From assembly GCA_963666345.1 (NCBI GenBank), contig OY762721.1, positions 704,001-768,000 on the forward strand: a stretch of DNA of 64,000 nt. The letters run 5' to 3'. Made by a program: the position numbers and the translations under genes. The stretch's first letter is position 1; each line of letters begins with the position of its first letter. The notes below the pieces were generated by a model. The model saw nothing but the letters and a program-made list of their open reading frames with translations. It searched no databases and was not told the origin of the DNA. Positions 19,843-30,767 of the stretch are shown here, in pieces. The stretch is from Desulfatiglandales bacterium. GTDB lineage: Bacteria; Desulfobacterota; DSM-4660; Desulfatiglandales; Desulfatiglandaceae.

Positions 19843-21183
19843 TTGATTTCTAATATTATGACCGATTTATCAGAAAAGATAGAAAAATTTCGCTCCGGTG
19901 ATCTAGCCCTTTTGCCGCATCTGGAAAATCTGTGTAGCCTTATCGAAGAACAGGAACCTCGTCTATCAGTCTTTGTGCCGGGCACATTCAACCGGAAACA
20001 AATCATTGATCAGGGGAAGAGACTTTTTGAAAAATTTCCTGAACCGTCTGAAAGGCCTTCTCTTTTCGGCCTTACCCTGGGTGTAAAGGATATATTCAAT
20101 GCCAAAGGCTATTCCACCCGCTGTGGGTCCATGCTGCCTGAAGACGAATTCAAGGGTAAGCAGGCCTCCTCGGTAAGCAGGCTCATGGAAGCAGGGGCTG
20201 TAATAATGGGAAAGACCGTAACCGCCGAGTTTGCCATATTTGAGCCGGGCCCAACAAAGAACCCCTTTGATCATTCCCGCAGCCCCGGAGGTTCAAGCAG
20301 CGGCTCAGCCGCCGGATTGGCGGCAGGATTCTTTTCTTCATCACTGGGTACTCAGACCATAGGCTCTATTATAAGACCCGCAGCCTATTGCGGTGTAATC
20401 GGATTCAAACCCTCATATGGCAGGATACCGACTGACGGAGTAATTCCTGTATCCCCGAGTCTTGACCATGTCGGGTTTTTCTGCACCGATACCTCGGCTC
20501 TCTCTTTGATATCCGAGGCATTGCTTAAAGGATGGAAGCCATCCAAAAAGAATCTAGCTGAAGCGCAAAGAAAGACCTTGTTTATACCTGATGAAAAATA
20601 TGTCTTTCAGGCTTCCGAAAGGGAAAGGTTATATTTCTTTGATCAAATCGAAAATCTCAAGGCATGCGGCTACAGGATTGAAAATTGCGATTTCCTCTCG
20701 GATATATCCTCAATAAACAAAATCCATAGAAAAATAATGCAAGCTGAGGCTGCAAGGATCCATTCCAGATGGTATTCGGAATATGGTGGCACTTACAGGG
20801 CCGGGACAAAAAAACTGATAGAAGACGGGGCAAAGATAACCGTTGGAGAACTTGAGGAATTACAAGATAGACTCGATAAAGAACGATACAGGTTGAAAAA
20901 ACAGATAGCAGATATGGGAGCTGATTTTTTCCTTTCTCCCCCGGCGACAGACAGGGCACCCAAGGGCCTTGAATCAACGGGTGATCCTGTTATGAACCTT
21001 CCATGGACCTTTATAGGTTTGCCGGCGATATCACTTCCAACTTTCTTTGACACTGAAGGCCTCCCTCACGGGCTGCAGATAGCGGCAAACCACGGCACGG
21101 ATGAAGACTTGGTCTCATTTGCCGAGGCTATTTCCAAGCATTTTACCCTGGACCCGGTCCTATCAAGACCCTCTATTTTCTAG
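19843..21183 (+). CDS. Amidase signature family protein
   Basis: VKD, PGGSSSGSAA and GTQTIGSIIRPAAYCG motifs. Confidence 0.92.
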   Translation: MISNIMTDLSEKIEKFRSGDLALLPHLENLCSLIEEQEPRLSVFVPGTFNRKQIIDQGKRLFEKFPEPSERPSLFGLTLGVKDIFNAKGYSTRCGSMLPEDEFKGKQASSVSRLMEAGAVIMGKTVTAEFAIFEPGPTKNPFDHSRSPGGSSSGSAAGLAAGFFSSSLGTQTIGSIIRPAAYCGVIGFKPSYGRIPTDGVIPVSPSLDHVGFFCTDTSALSLISEALLKGWKPSKKNLAEAQRKTLFIPDEKYVFQASERERLYFFDQIENLKACGYRIENCDFLSDISSINKIHRKIMQAEAARIHSRWYSEYGGTYRAGTKKLIEDGAKITVGELEELQDRLDKERYRLKKQIADMGADFFLSPPATDRAPKGLESTGDPVMNLPWTFIGLPAISLPTFFDTEGLPHGLQIAANHGTDEDLVSFAEAISKHFTLDPVLSRPSIF

Positions 21184-21580
21184 TATAACATCCGATGAAT
21201 TACGACGGGTCCTTGAAACTGAATATCATCTTAACAACCCCCAAAAACGGGAAACGGAGTTCAAAAAACGGGGGAACAAATTGATTTTTATTTATTTAGA
21301 TGATATTGTAAATTGCAGATATATAATATCTCAAGTAAAGCATCAACAAAGGCTGGGCAACTCTGATTTACCATAAAGTTATCGTCGTAGTCGTTGTCTT
21401 CGATCGCTCAGCCTTGCGGCGTATCATTTATACGCCTCGGGCATTGTTCGCCGGCGCCTTATATCCGACACCTTGCCGGTGACCAGGAACACCGAATCCT
21501 CTTATCTTCGTACTGATATAAGAATTAGACGGTGGATAGGGGCGATATATCTTCCTGTTTAACTAATAGGAGTTTCAATC

Positions 21581-22801
21581 ATGGAAAAATTCAATACGCT
21601 TATAAAAAAGGGAGTTAATCAAGGGATGACCGACGTCCATATTTCGGGAGGACATCCTATTGTTTTCAGAAGAAACGGCAAGATCGGATTTGACCATAAA
21701 AACATATGGATGCACAAGGAAATCGATACCCTGGTCGGAAAGTTGCTAACGATTGAGCAGATCGAGACACTGAAAACGCGGCTGTCAGTCGATGTAGCCA
21801 AATCCGTGGCCCATGTAAGGCTCAGGATCAATATATTTTTAACTACAAGGGGAATTAGCATCGCAGTGCGTCTTCTGCCGGGCGCCGTACCTCGATTCGA
21901 AGACTTAAACCTTCATCCCTCACTGCGAAAATTCTGTGATCTTGAGGCAGGGCTCATACTCATCTGCGGTACGACAGGGTCCGGTAAATCAACCAGCATC
22001 GCAGCGATGGTCTCCGAGATAAACAACAGCCGTCCCGTTCACATAATAACGCTGGAAGATCCGGTTGAATACCGCTTCGTTTCAAGGATGGCTTTTATTG
22101 AACAGAGGGAACTCTATACCCATATACCATCATTTGAAAGAGGGCTGATTGATGTCCTGAGAGAAGATCCCGACGTAATAGTAGTAGGAGAGTTAAGAGA
22201 GCCTGAAACCATAAGGCTGACGCTTAATGCCGCTGAATCGGGACATCTGGTTATTGCCTCTCTTCACGCTACCAACTCAGAGGATGCCCTCTACCGGATC
22301 TGCAACTCCTTTCCTCTGGAGGCACAAATCTTTGTTCGAAGTCAACTCGCCTCAAGCCTTTCCTTGGTTCTTATACAGAGGCTGGACTATATGGAAAGGG
22401 TAGGTTTCAGGCTGCCGGTTCTCTCTATCATGGCAGGAACCCAATCAATCAAGGGGCTTATCAAAGACGATAAATTTTCTCAGATTGAAAATGCCATACA
22501 GACCGGAAAAAGTTCCGATATGTTTACTATGGGGCAATACAGAAAGGATTATCTGGAAAAAAGGACCAGATTTACTCCACCAGCTGAAATATTCCGCCCC
22601 TCTGAGGAGCAATCGGATGAAATCGTTTATGAATCTCCATTCCTTAAAAAATCGATGGCATATCACGATTTTTCTCCAAGAAAAACAGCACCAGTGGATA
22701 AAAAACTGAAGCAGACCACATTCAATCATCAGGGAGAGTATGTTATAGATAGTATGGATACCATGCAGGATGTTCTTAAAGAACTCAAACAAAGTGACTG
22801 A
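21581..22801 (+). CDS. PilT/PilU family ATPase
   Basis: GTTGSGKST, TLEDPVE, LREDPDVIVVGELRE and AESGHLV motifs. Confidence 0.9.
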   Translation: MEKFNTLIKKGVNQGMTDVHISGGHPIVFRRNGKIGFDHKNIWMHKEIDTLVGKLLTIEQIETLKTRLSVDVAKSVAHVRLRINIFLTTRGISIAVRLLPGAVPRFEDLNLHPSLRKFCDLEAGLILICGTTGSGKSTSIAAMVSEINNSRPVHIITLEDPVEYRFVSRMAFIEQRELYTHIPSFERGLIDVLREDPDVIVVGELREPETIRLTLNAAESGHLVIASLHATNSEDALYRICNSFPLEAQIFVRSQLASSLSLVLIQRLDYMERVGFRLPVLSIMAGTQSIKGLIKDDKFSQIENAIQTGKSSDMFTMGQYRKDYLEKRTRFTPPAEIFRPSEEQSDEIVYESPFLKKSMAYHDFSPRKTAPVDKKLKQTTFNHQGEYVIDSMDTMQDVLKELKQSD

Positions 22802-22996
22802 GACACATCAGGCTATCTAAAACATCAAGCTTGTTTTCTTATTTCGATTTCCCTATTAAACCGGGCAGCTTAGGCATCCAGTGGTAGGGGCATCCCTCTT
22901 GCCCTGACTCCGGCGGCCCGGCTCATGTCACCTCAACTCTTTCAACCATCTGAATCAATCAAAAAAAAGACGTTTTGTTCGGGAAGGGGACCTATT

Positions 22997-24028
22997 ATGG
23001 AGATTTATTTTTCGAGAGATAACGGTGCGGTTGATGAGGCGATAGAAGCACTTATAGAGATAACCGGAGGGATAAATCATCCGGGGATTGTAAGAGATAT
23101 GATTATTGCATCCCTTAAGGCCGGAAAGGAAAACATGGTTAATGCCGACCTCAAGATGATGAATTCGACCTTAAAGGAAATGCGTTACACGGCAAAGGTC
23201 TTTGAACCATATGGAAACATCAAAAAGGTGACTGTCTTTGGCTCGGCAAGGACCCTGAACAGTGAGCCCACATACGAAATGGCCAGGATGTTTGGGAAGA
23301 AGCTTGCCGATGCGGGCTATATGGTTATTACCGGTGGAGGAGGAGGCATTATGGAGGCCGCCAATGAGGGGGCCGGCCCTGACAGCTCTTTTGGCGTCAA
23401 CATACGCCTTCCCTTTGAACAAAAGGCAAATCCCGTCCTTGAAGGATCTTCCAGGGTCATAAATTATAAATACTTTTTCAACCGTAAGGTCGCCTTTATT
23501 AAGGAAGCGGACGCAGTAGCCCTTTTCCCTGGAGGCTTCGGCACCCTTGACGAGGCCATGGAGACACTTACCCTTCTTCAGACAGGAAAACGTTATCCAA
23601 TGCCTCTTATTCTCCTGGATGAGGAAAAAGGTGACTACTGGGCCAACTGGTACGATTTCATGAATAAAGGACTTGCATCAAAGGGGTATATAGACGATGA
23701 GGATTTTTCCTTTTTCCAGATGGTGGATTCGGTCGACAAGGCGGTGGATATAATCAATCAGTTCTACAGCCGCTACCACAGTCTGAGATATGTAGGCACA
23801 AAGCTTGTGATCCGCCTTCTTTCACCCATCGGCATTTATATGCTCAAAGAGATCAAGACCCGTTTCAAGGACATCCTGATCCCGGGAGGAGACATCTACC
23901 GGTCAGAGGCGCTGGACCGGGAGGCAAACGAACCTGAAATAATCGACCTGCCGAGGCTTGTAGTGGATTTCAATCAAAAGAAATTCGGCAGGCTGAGACA
24001 GCTGATAGATGCGATAAACCTATGTTGA
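22997..24028 (+). CDS. LOG family (TIGR00730-like) nucleotide monophosphate nucleosidase
   Basis: VFGSAR, TGGGGGIMEAAN and PGGFGTLDE motifs; start at MEIYF after AAGGGG. Confidence 0.9.
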   Translation: MEIYFSRDNGAVDEAIEALIEITGGINHPGIVRDMIIASLKAGKENMVNADLKMMNSTLKEMRYTAKVFEPYGNIKKVTVFGSARTLNSEPTYEMARMFGKKLADAGYMVITGGGGGIMEAANEGAGPDSSFGVNIRLPFEQKANPVLEGSSRVINYKYFFNRKVAFIKEADAVALFPGGFGTLDEAMETLTLLQTGKRYPMPLILLDEEKGDYWANWYDFMNKGLASKGYIDDEDFSFFQMVDSVDKAVDIINQFYSRYHSLRYVGTKLVIRLLSPIGIYMLKEIKTRFKDILIPGGDIYRSEALDREANEPEIIDLPRLVVDFNQKKFGRLRQLIDAINLC

Positions 24029-24141
24029 CCCCGCTGTTACTTCAATTTAGAAGGAAGAGCTACTATCTTTACCAATTAAAGCCCGCTGCTCAGTAAATCA
24101 AGACATATTTTCAAAACAGAATGCTTTATACATGGATCTTA

Positions 24142-24822
24142 TTATTTAACATATTTTTCAAGTACATTACGAAGTTTTTCAGAACTTGAATTACTTACGG
24201 ATTTTTTCACTATAATATCTGTGGGCCTGACATATTTACCATAATAGGAACTGTTCCAGTCGTCTCTTATCTTTAGCACGGCCCCCTCAAGAGACACCCC
24301 GCCGTAAAGCCCCTTTGAGCGGACAAAGCTGAGTATATCAGCCAGGACATTAGACTTGGCACCTCCGCCTATAGGCCCTGCGGCGACAGAGATATCTCCT
24401 CCCAGCTTAAAGGAAGACGCATAAAGCGATTCCAGCGCCCTCCTGGTCCTTATCATCATTATTACTTCAGATTTTTCCCCTCCTATTTGGAGTCCAAAGG
24501 TAACCGAACCTATTGTGTAAAACACCGGTTGACTCCATTTTCCGGTCTCCCTGTCCCTAGCCAAAAGCACCCCGCTTCCACCGCTTCCACCCAGGAAAAA
24601 TCCACCCTTTAAAAGCGACGGGACAATCAAAAGGCCCTTGGCCTGACTGAGATTTTCCCTGAACCACCCCATATTTTCATCCGCCATGAAACTTTCGAAT
24701 AATATTCTGGACCTCTCCACAAGCCCCTGCTGGTCAACGGTCTTAGAATCTGCAAAAAGGTTAGTCGGGGACAGTATGCTGAGCAAAAAAAGAATAGACA
24801 TCGATATTACAATTCTTCTCAT
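24142..24822 (-). CDS. Exported SYLF/Ysc84-like lipid-binding domain protein
   Basis: Signal peptide; GGSGGSGV...WSQP, GLQIG and SKGLYGGVSLEG motifs. Confidence 0.88.
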   Translation of the reverse strand: MRRIVISMSILFLLSILSPTNLFADSKTVDQQGLVERSRILFESFMADENMGWFRENLSQAKGLLIVPSLLKGGFFLGGSGGSGVLLARDRETGKWSQPVFYTIGSVTFGLQIGGEKSEVIMMIRTRRALESLYASSFKLGGDISVAAGPIGGGAKSNVLADILSFVRSKGLYGGVSLEGAVLKIRDDWNSSYYGKYVRPTDIIVKKSVSNSSSEKLRNVLEKYVK

Positions 24823-25341
24823 TTTAATCTCCTTAATCGTGACTCCATTCCATGTGGTTCATCTGGATGCTGTTGAGCGCCTGCTATGATTCTCCAAAAG
24901 CATTACACCCTCGAGTGTTTAAACGGCCTACCTACCTATACAACATCCAAGAGAAATAATCCATGCCTGTAAACAAGGCCTTCCGGCCGAAATAACGGGA
25001 CAGTCGGACATTGCCGCCTATCATTTTATATTTGCATAAAGTTATCAAATCATTAGATCAGCCAGACTCTGCCACCTGATTCAGGCGCAATCAACCAATT
25101 CAGACTTTATATTTCGACTGGGCACCCGCAAGATGTTGGATGCGAGCCGCCGGGGGCCCAGGACTGAGGCCTATGGCGTATACGCCTCAAGTCTCTTTTT
25201 GATCTTAGATCAGGGTTATGCGGTCGATTATTTCAGTTTGACCGCAAATTGTGTTATAGAAAATAATTATTGCTAAGGGTATCAATTTTCATATCATTTT
25301 TTCTGCTCTTTTTCTTTCTTAATATTTAAAGGAATCATTAT

Positions 25342-26751
25342 ATGCCCGATTCAATACTCAGATTCAGGCGCCGTTCACTTGCCAATATAACCAGGACCTG
25401 GCGTGAGATTAAGGGAACCGCCCGCCGAACGTTCACCGGGAGATTGAATCCCGACCTCCCGAAGGAGGACATGGAGTACCTGGGCAAAAAGATGCTTGAA
25501 TGTCTCGAAGGCAAGGGTGGCGAAGCAAGTGCCAGAGACAGGACGGAAGAACTGGGTCAAATCTATCTTAAGTTGAGCCCCGCCGGTAAAGAAAGGTTTC
25601 TTGGAAAACTCGCTAAAGACTATCCAATTGACCGGGATAGACTCAAAGAACTATCAAAGGCATATTTGCGCGCCAGGGATGAAAAAGACACAGAACCGAT
25701 AGAGAGGTCTTTAAGGGAAACGCTTAATTCCCCACGAACAAAAATCTTACGCCAGTTCAACACCCTTCCTGACGGGTTTAAATTCCTCGTAGATATGCGT
25801 GCCGATCTTTTACGCATGAGCAAAAAAGACAAATCCCTTAAAGGACTTGAAAGGGATCTTAAGCAGTTATTGAATAACTGGTTTGATGTGGGGCTTCTTG
25901 ATCTCGAGGAAATTACATGGGAATCCCCCGCCTCTCTGCTTGAAAAACTGATCGATTACGAGGCTGTCCACAGGATTACATCATGGAACGACCTCAAGAA
26001 CAGGCTGACGCTCGACCGCCGCTGTTTTGCCTTTTTTCACGGCAAAATGCCCTATGAACCGCTCATATTTATTGAAGTGGCGCTTACCAGAGGTCTGGCA
26101 GGAAATATCAAGCAACTCCTGGATAAAGGAGTATTACCTGAAAACCTGAAAAAGGCGGATACCGCTATCTTTTACTCAATAAACAGCACACAGAAGGGGC
26201 TTGCAGGCATCAGTCTCGGAAATTTTCTAATCAAGCGTGTGGTGTCCGAGATATCGAATGAGTTATCCAATATTAAAAGGTATTCCACCCTGTCGCCTGT
26301 TCCAGGATTCGGAAACTGGCTCACCCACCTGCTCAAAGGAGGCGATTCATCCATGCTTAGCGCGGAAGACATTTTGAGTATCAGGCAACTGGAGTCGGGT
26401 GATGACGCAGCCGTTATTCTTTTAAAGGCCCTTGATTCAAACCGACATGGTTTACCTGCCACGGCTTCCTCGCTTCGCCCCATACTGTTGCGGCTCATGA
26501 AGCACTATCTGTTAAAGGAAAAAAAGGGGATACATGCAGTAGATCCAGTGGAGAACTTCCACCTTTCAAACGGTGCAAGGATCGAACGCATAAACTGGCT
26601 TGCCGATACCTCGGAAAAGGGCATGAGACAATCTGCCGGAATGATGGTGAACTATCTTTACAGTTTGTCAGATATAGATGAAAACCATGAAGCCTACATA
26701 ACCGAGGGTAAAATATCTATCTCAAATGAGGTAAAACAGCTGCCGGGTTAA
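25342..26751 (+). CDS. Malonyl-CoA decarboxylase
   Basis: YEAVH, DRRCFAFFH, LGNFLIKRV, TLSPVPGF and DPVENFHLSNGA motifs. Confidence 0.93.
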   Translation: MPDSILRFRRRSLANITRTWREIKGTARRTFTGRLNPDLPKEDMEYLGKKMLECLEGKGGEASARDRTEELGQIYLKLSPAGKERFLGKLAKDYPIDRDRLKELSKAYLRARDEKDTEPIERSLRETLNSPRTKILRQFNTLPDGFKFLVDMRADLLRMSKKDKSLKGLERDLKQLLNNWFDVGLLDLEEITWESPASLLEKLIDYEAVHRITSWNDLKNRLTLDRRCFAFFHGKMPYEPLIFIEVALTRGLAGNIKQLLDKGVLPENLKKADTAIFYSINSTQKGLAGISLGNFLIKRVVSEISNELSNIKRYSTLSPVPGFGNWLTHLLKGGDSSMLSAEDILSIRQLESGDDAAVILLKALDSNRHGLPATASSLRPILLRLMKHYLLKEKKGIHAVDPVENFHLSNGARIERINWLADTSEKGMRQSAGMMVNYLYSLSDIDENHEAYITEGKISISNEVKQLPG

Positions 26752-26944
26752 AAAACGACATCAGATATCACATATTATTACACCCTGCAGCTTATCTCAA
26801 GGCCGCACGCTCTCATCCCGGTTTCATCCACCCTCATAAAACAGCAAAGGCAAATACTGCGGGTTCAAAAGGGAAATCAAAATAACAAAAAAAAGAGCAC
26901 CCGCGATTATTCAGCGGATACCCTTATTTTTTGTTTCAAGGTTT

Positions 26945-27145
26945 TTAGACCACGGTTACGTTCTTCGCGGCAGGTCCTTTTTGTCCCTGTTCAATCTCAA
27001 AGGTAACCCTGTCTCCCTCATTGAGTGAGCGAAAACCAGTTTTGCTTATCGCTGAGTGATGAACGAAAACATCCGGACCGTCTTCCTGCTCAATAAAGCC
27101 AAAACCTTTTTGGTCATTAAACCACTTAACAGTACCATTATTCAT
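26945..27145 (-). CDS. Cold-shock protein (CspA family)
   Basis: GTVKWFN, KGFGFI and DVFVH motifs. Confidence 0.97.
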   Translation of the reverse strand: MNNGTVKWFNDQKGFGFIEQEDGPDVFVHHSAISKTGFRSLNEGDRVTFEIEQGQKGPAAKNVTVV

Positions 27146-27449
27146 GATAACATCCCCCTTTCGTACAGATTTTCAACATATTCGACTGGAGGATGCTACA
27201 TTAAAATAATGAATTTCCTTCAGATAAAAACTCCCCTGCGTTTAGCCTGGGTCATGTTGAATGCGCAAATAATAACATCATCTGCGACAAAATCAAGTTA
27301 AATTTTATCTTTTCTAGCCAACAATGATAATTTTTTAAAAAAAAAGGGCAAATCACCGGTCAAAAACATCAAAAAACCGGGTTTGTTTTGCCCATTTTCC
27401 CTGGAATACGAGTTCTTACAGCAGACAAAAAGCAGAATCTTGAAAAAAA

Positions 27450-28052
27450 TTACTTAAATTGAAGATAAGAAAGCCTTGATTCGACCTCCTGTATCTTATC
27501 ATCTTTTTTCTGCAGAACCGCCAGGGCATCCCATGACCCTTTGAGAAAGGCCTGTCTTCTTCCTTCAGGGAGTTCAAAATCGATTGTCTCCCCATCAAAG
27601 CTTATACTCTTTTTCTCCAGATCGATGTCAAACTCGGTCTCAGGGGCCTGCCTTACCTGTTGAGTCAATCGGATAATATCATCGTCTGAAACAGCGACTC
27701 CGACAACTCCAAGACTTGCACAGTTTCCCGCAAAAATCTCAGCAAAGCTTTCAGCTACAATTGCCTCTATACCATACCTGGCAAGGGCCTGGGGGGCATG
27801 TTCCCTTGAGCTTCCACAGCCATAGTTGGCTCCCGCAATAAGTATTTTCGCCCCTTTGTATTCCTGCTTATTGAATGGATGATCCGGGACAGGGGTTTCG
27901 TCTCTGAACCTTTCGTAATAGTAAAGATAATTTCCGATGTTGCTGAAGGTTATCTCCTTCAGGAATTTTGCAGGCAATATGTCATCGGTATTCTGTCCGT
28001 TTTCCGGTTTGGGAACCGCTCTTCCTTTGATACTTTTAATTATTGTTTCCAT
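27450..28052 (-). CDS. leuD: 3-isopropylmalate dehydratase small subunit
   Basis: TDDILP, NYGCGSSREHAP and SFAEIF motifs. Confidence 0.93.
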   Translation of the reverse strand: METIIKSIKGRAVPKPENGQNTDDILPAKFLKEITFSNIGNYLYYYERFRDETPVPDHPFNKQEYKGAKILIAGANYGCGSSREHAPQALARYGIEAIVAESFAEIFAGNCASLGVVGVAVSDDDIIRLTQQVRQAPETEFDIDLEKKSISFDGETIDFELPEGRRQAFLKGSWDALAVLQKKDDKIQEVESRLSYLQFK

Positions 28053-29448
28053 TTTTCATATATCTTTCCGGGTTAATAATCTTACCTTCAATCGCACATG
28101 CGGCGGCTGTAATAGGGCTGGCAAGGTGGGTCCTCCCTGCGGGGCTGCCCTGCCTTCCCTTGAAATTCCGGTTGGAAGTAGAAACGCTTCGCTGATTTCC
28201 GACTAGCTTGTCAGGGTTCATGGCAAGGCACATGCTGCATCCGGGATTACGCCATTGAGCACCTGACTGTTTAAATATCTTATCCAGCCCCAGCCCTTCA
28301 GCCTCTTTCTTGACCTGCTCCGAACCGGGTACGATCAAGGTCTTAACAGATACCTTGTTATCTTTAAGTATATCTGCGGCACCAATAAGATCATTGAGCC
28401 TTCCATTGGTGCATGAACCGATAAATACGACATCCACAGGGGTACCTTCAATAGGTTCGCCCGGCCTAAGCCCCATGTAATCATAGGCGTCCAGCGCCTC
28501 ATCCTTCGATTCCATTGCAGGAGTGCCGGGTTCCGGCAGGCTGCCGGCTATATCCATCACCTGGTCCGGGCTCACTCCCCAGGTTATTACAGGATTTATC
28601 CTTGTGACATCTATATCCACGATATCATCATAGTCTGCATCCTTATCCGAGGCAACGGCCTTCCAGTACTCCACCGCATCTTCAAAGTCTTTATCAGGGG
28701 CGTAGGGCCTTCCCTTCAGATAATCAAAGGTCGTTTCATCAGGATTTATATAGCACGACCTGGCCCCCCCCTCGATACCCATATTGCAAAGGGTCATTCT
28801 TTCTTCCATGCTCATATTATTCACCGTTTCTCCGGCAAGTTCATAAGCAAATCCTACCCCGCCTTTGGCTCCCAGCTTTCCTATCATACGTAATGCAAGA
28901 TCCTTGGCCGTAACACCTCTGTTCATTCGGCCGATGAAATTTATTTTTCTTACCTTGAGCGCAGACATGGATATGGTCTGAGTCGCAAGGACGTGGCTTA
29001 CCTGGGTAGTGCCTATCCCCATTGCAAGAGTGCCGAAAGCACCGTATGTGCTTGTGTGACTGTCTCCGCACACGACAACCTGGCCGGGCCATATAATCCC
29101 CAGCTCAGGATATATGACATGGCACACCCCCTGCCCCTTACCAGGAGCAAAATATTTTATACCAAACTCCGCAACATTATCTTCCAGCGTCTTTGTCATA
29201 AGCTCGGCCTTGGCATCTTCAAAGGGCCTCGATATATCATCCGTTGGGATGACATGGTCAAGTACCGCAAAGGTAAGTTCAGGACGCCTTATACTGATGC
29301 CTCTTTCTCTTAACATCTCAAAGGCCTGGGGGCTGGTAACCTCATGCATGAGATGCCTGCCTACAAAAATCTGGCGCTCTCCGGATTCCAGAACAGATGC
29401 CTTATGAGAATTCCAGATCTTATTATACAAAGTACCTTTAGCCATCAT
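28036..29448 (-). CDS. leuC: 3-isopropylmalate dehydratase large subunit
   Basis: HEVTSPQAF, CGDSHT, FIGSCTNGR, GCSMCLAMN and SNRNFKGRQG motifs. Confidence 0.95.
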   Translation of the reverse strand: MMAKGTLYNKIWNSHKASVLESGERQIFVGRHLMHEVTSPQAFEMLRERGISIRRPELTFAVLDHVIPTDDISRPFEDAKAELMTKTLEDNVAEFGIKYFAPGKGQGVCHVIYPELGIIWPGQVVVCGDSHTSTYGAFGTLAMGIGTTQVSHVLATQTISMSALKVRKINFIGRMNRGVTAKDLALRMIGKLGAKGGVGFAYELAGETVNNMSMEERMTLCNMGIEGGARSCYINPDETTFDYLKGRPYAPDKDFEDAVEYWKAVASDKDADYDDIVDIDVTRINPVITWGVSPDQVMDIAGSLPEPGTPAMESKDEALDAYDYMGLRPGEPIEGTPVDVVFIGSCTNGRLNDLIGAADILKDNKVSVKTLIVPGSEQVKKEAEGLGLDKIFKQSGAQWRNPGCSMCLAMNPDKLVGNQRSVSTSNRNFKGRQGSPAGRTHLASPITAAACAIEGKIINPERYMKNGNNN

Positions 29449-29674
29449 TCCATCCTCTTACACAATTACAGGTTTGTTTAAAAACCTATTAAAATATATT
29501 GATATAAGTTTAATCAAAAGCGCCCGGGAATTCTATTAAAAGCCACATCATATAACAGGGCAGAGATTCGGACGTTCTTATTGTGTCAGCGAGAGTGGTA
29601 CTATACATATTTCAGTCGGATATGAAAAGATTTTTTGGTTGTATCCCGATCATACGGAGATAAAGGAAGGAGAC

Positions 29675-29719
29675 AAAAAAACAGCGGGCCGGATTGAAAC
29701 CCGTAACCCGCTGTTTTTT
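29675..29719 (-). terminator. Terminator after tRNA-Pro
   Basis: AAAAAAACAGCGGG...CCCGCTGTTTTTT inverted repeat. Confidence 0.8.
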
Positions 29720-29733
29720 ATATCTTAGTTTAC

Positions 29734-29810
29734 TGGTCGGGACGCGGGGATTTGAACCCCGGGCCCCCTGAACCCCATTCAGGTGCGCTTCCAGACTGCG
29801 CCACGTCCCG
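29734..29810 (-). tRNA. tRNA-Pro(GGG)
   Basis: 77-nt cloverleaf CGGGACG...GTTCAAATC...CGTCCCGACCA; anticodon arm CCTGA-ATGGGGT-TCAGG. Confidence 0.96.
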
Positions 29811-30062
29811 ACAATTTAGAAGGTTGATATTATACTACCTGTCATCATTGTCAAGTGGTAATTTTGCACCCTGATCACCATCAAGATGTCATCACATGCA
29901 ACCGACGGTAGCCCCGGCAACCTGTTTGATTGCCATGAAAACCGGCTTGTAATTATTGCAGTGAATATAGTAATAAATGAATAATAGGCGCTGAGGTTTC
30001 CAGTAAAAGGATTAATTCATTAATGGCCCTCAGGCAGAAAAAATCTAAAGATTAAGAGGAGT

Positions 30063-30473
30063 TTGTTGACAATGGAACAAGAAAAGGTCTTTAACGCCCT
30101 TGTAATAGAAAAAGACGGGAAAGTGCGGGAGCTTGTTGAAACGCTGCTCAAAAAGAGAAATTACAGTCTGGAGTTTCTGTCAAATTCTTATGAGGCGATC
30201 TTGTTTTTAAAGGAAAACAACTGTCCCATAGCAATACTTGGAGATACCGATGACAATGCCGACCCCTTTGAGGCTATGAAAAAGATAGTCCCCGCCTCCC
30301 CCATGACCTCCCTGATACTGATAACGGACGAGGAAAAGGAGAAGGTGGATGACACAGCCGAGGGCTACGGAATACTGGGTCACGTAAAAAGAACCATACC
30401 TGCCGACCAGCTCACGCCGCTTCTGGCGCAGTTCGAGGCCATCTGCGCGGTACTCTCCCCGCCTGCCTGCTGA
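30063..30473 (+). CDS. Atypical receiver-domain protein
   Basis: Degenerate REC fold pattern (ALVIE..., ILGD, LILIT). Confidence 0.55.
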   Translation: MLTMEQEKVFNALVIEKDGKVRELVETLLKKRNYSLEFLSNSYEAILFLKENNCPIAILGDTDDNADPFEAMKKIVPASPMTSLILITDEEKEKVDDTAEGYGILGHVKRTIPADQLTPLLAQFEAICAVLSPPAC

Positions 30474-30597
30474 AAAACGCAAACCGGTTTCAAGGGGGCA
30501 AGGTGGACTTGAGCCCCCGAATCCCTGCCGGCCCCGGATCCTTTTCCAAAACAGGGACTCTCCATAAAAACAAGAGCAGACCCGCAGACATGAAAAT

Positions 30598-30638
30598 ATG
30601 CACATAAAGATGTGCATCTCTGCCCACAAAATAGTGCA
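30598..30638. promoter_or_regulatory. Tandem palindromic upstream activator sites
   Basis: ATGCACAT-AAAG-ATGTGCAT and TGCCC-N8-GTGCA, 50-90 bp upstream of a sigma54 promoter. Confidence 0.55.
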
Positions 30639-30686
30639 TCAACATCTTTGGCCTATAAAATCTTACATATATCCAATATGTTATGA

Positions 30687-30703
30687 TTGGCACAAGAGTT
30701 GCT
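30687..30703 (+). promoter_or_regulatory. Sigma54 promoter for the cyclase gene
   Basis: TTGGCACAAGAGTTGCT. Confidence 0.85.
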
Positions 30704-30767
30704 TAAATAATCAATTAAGGGATGTTTAATACAAAAGGGATAAATTTCAGTCGTCTGGACGGAAAAA

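Noticed and set aside
29500..29620. Possible leucine attenuator leader upstream of leuC
   Set aside because: The short ORF there is not Leu-rich and no terminator/antiterminator pair is evident.
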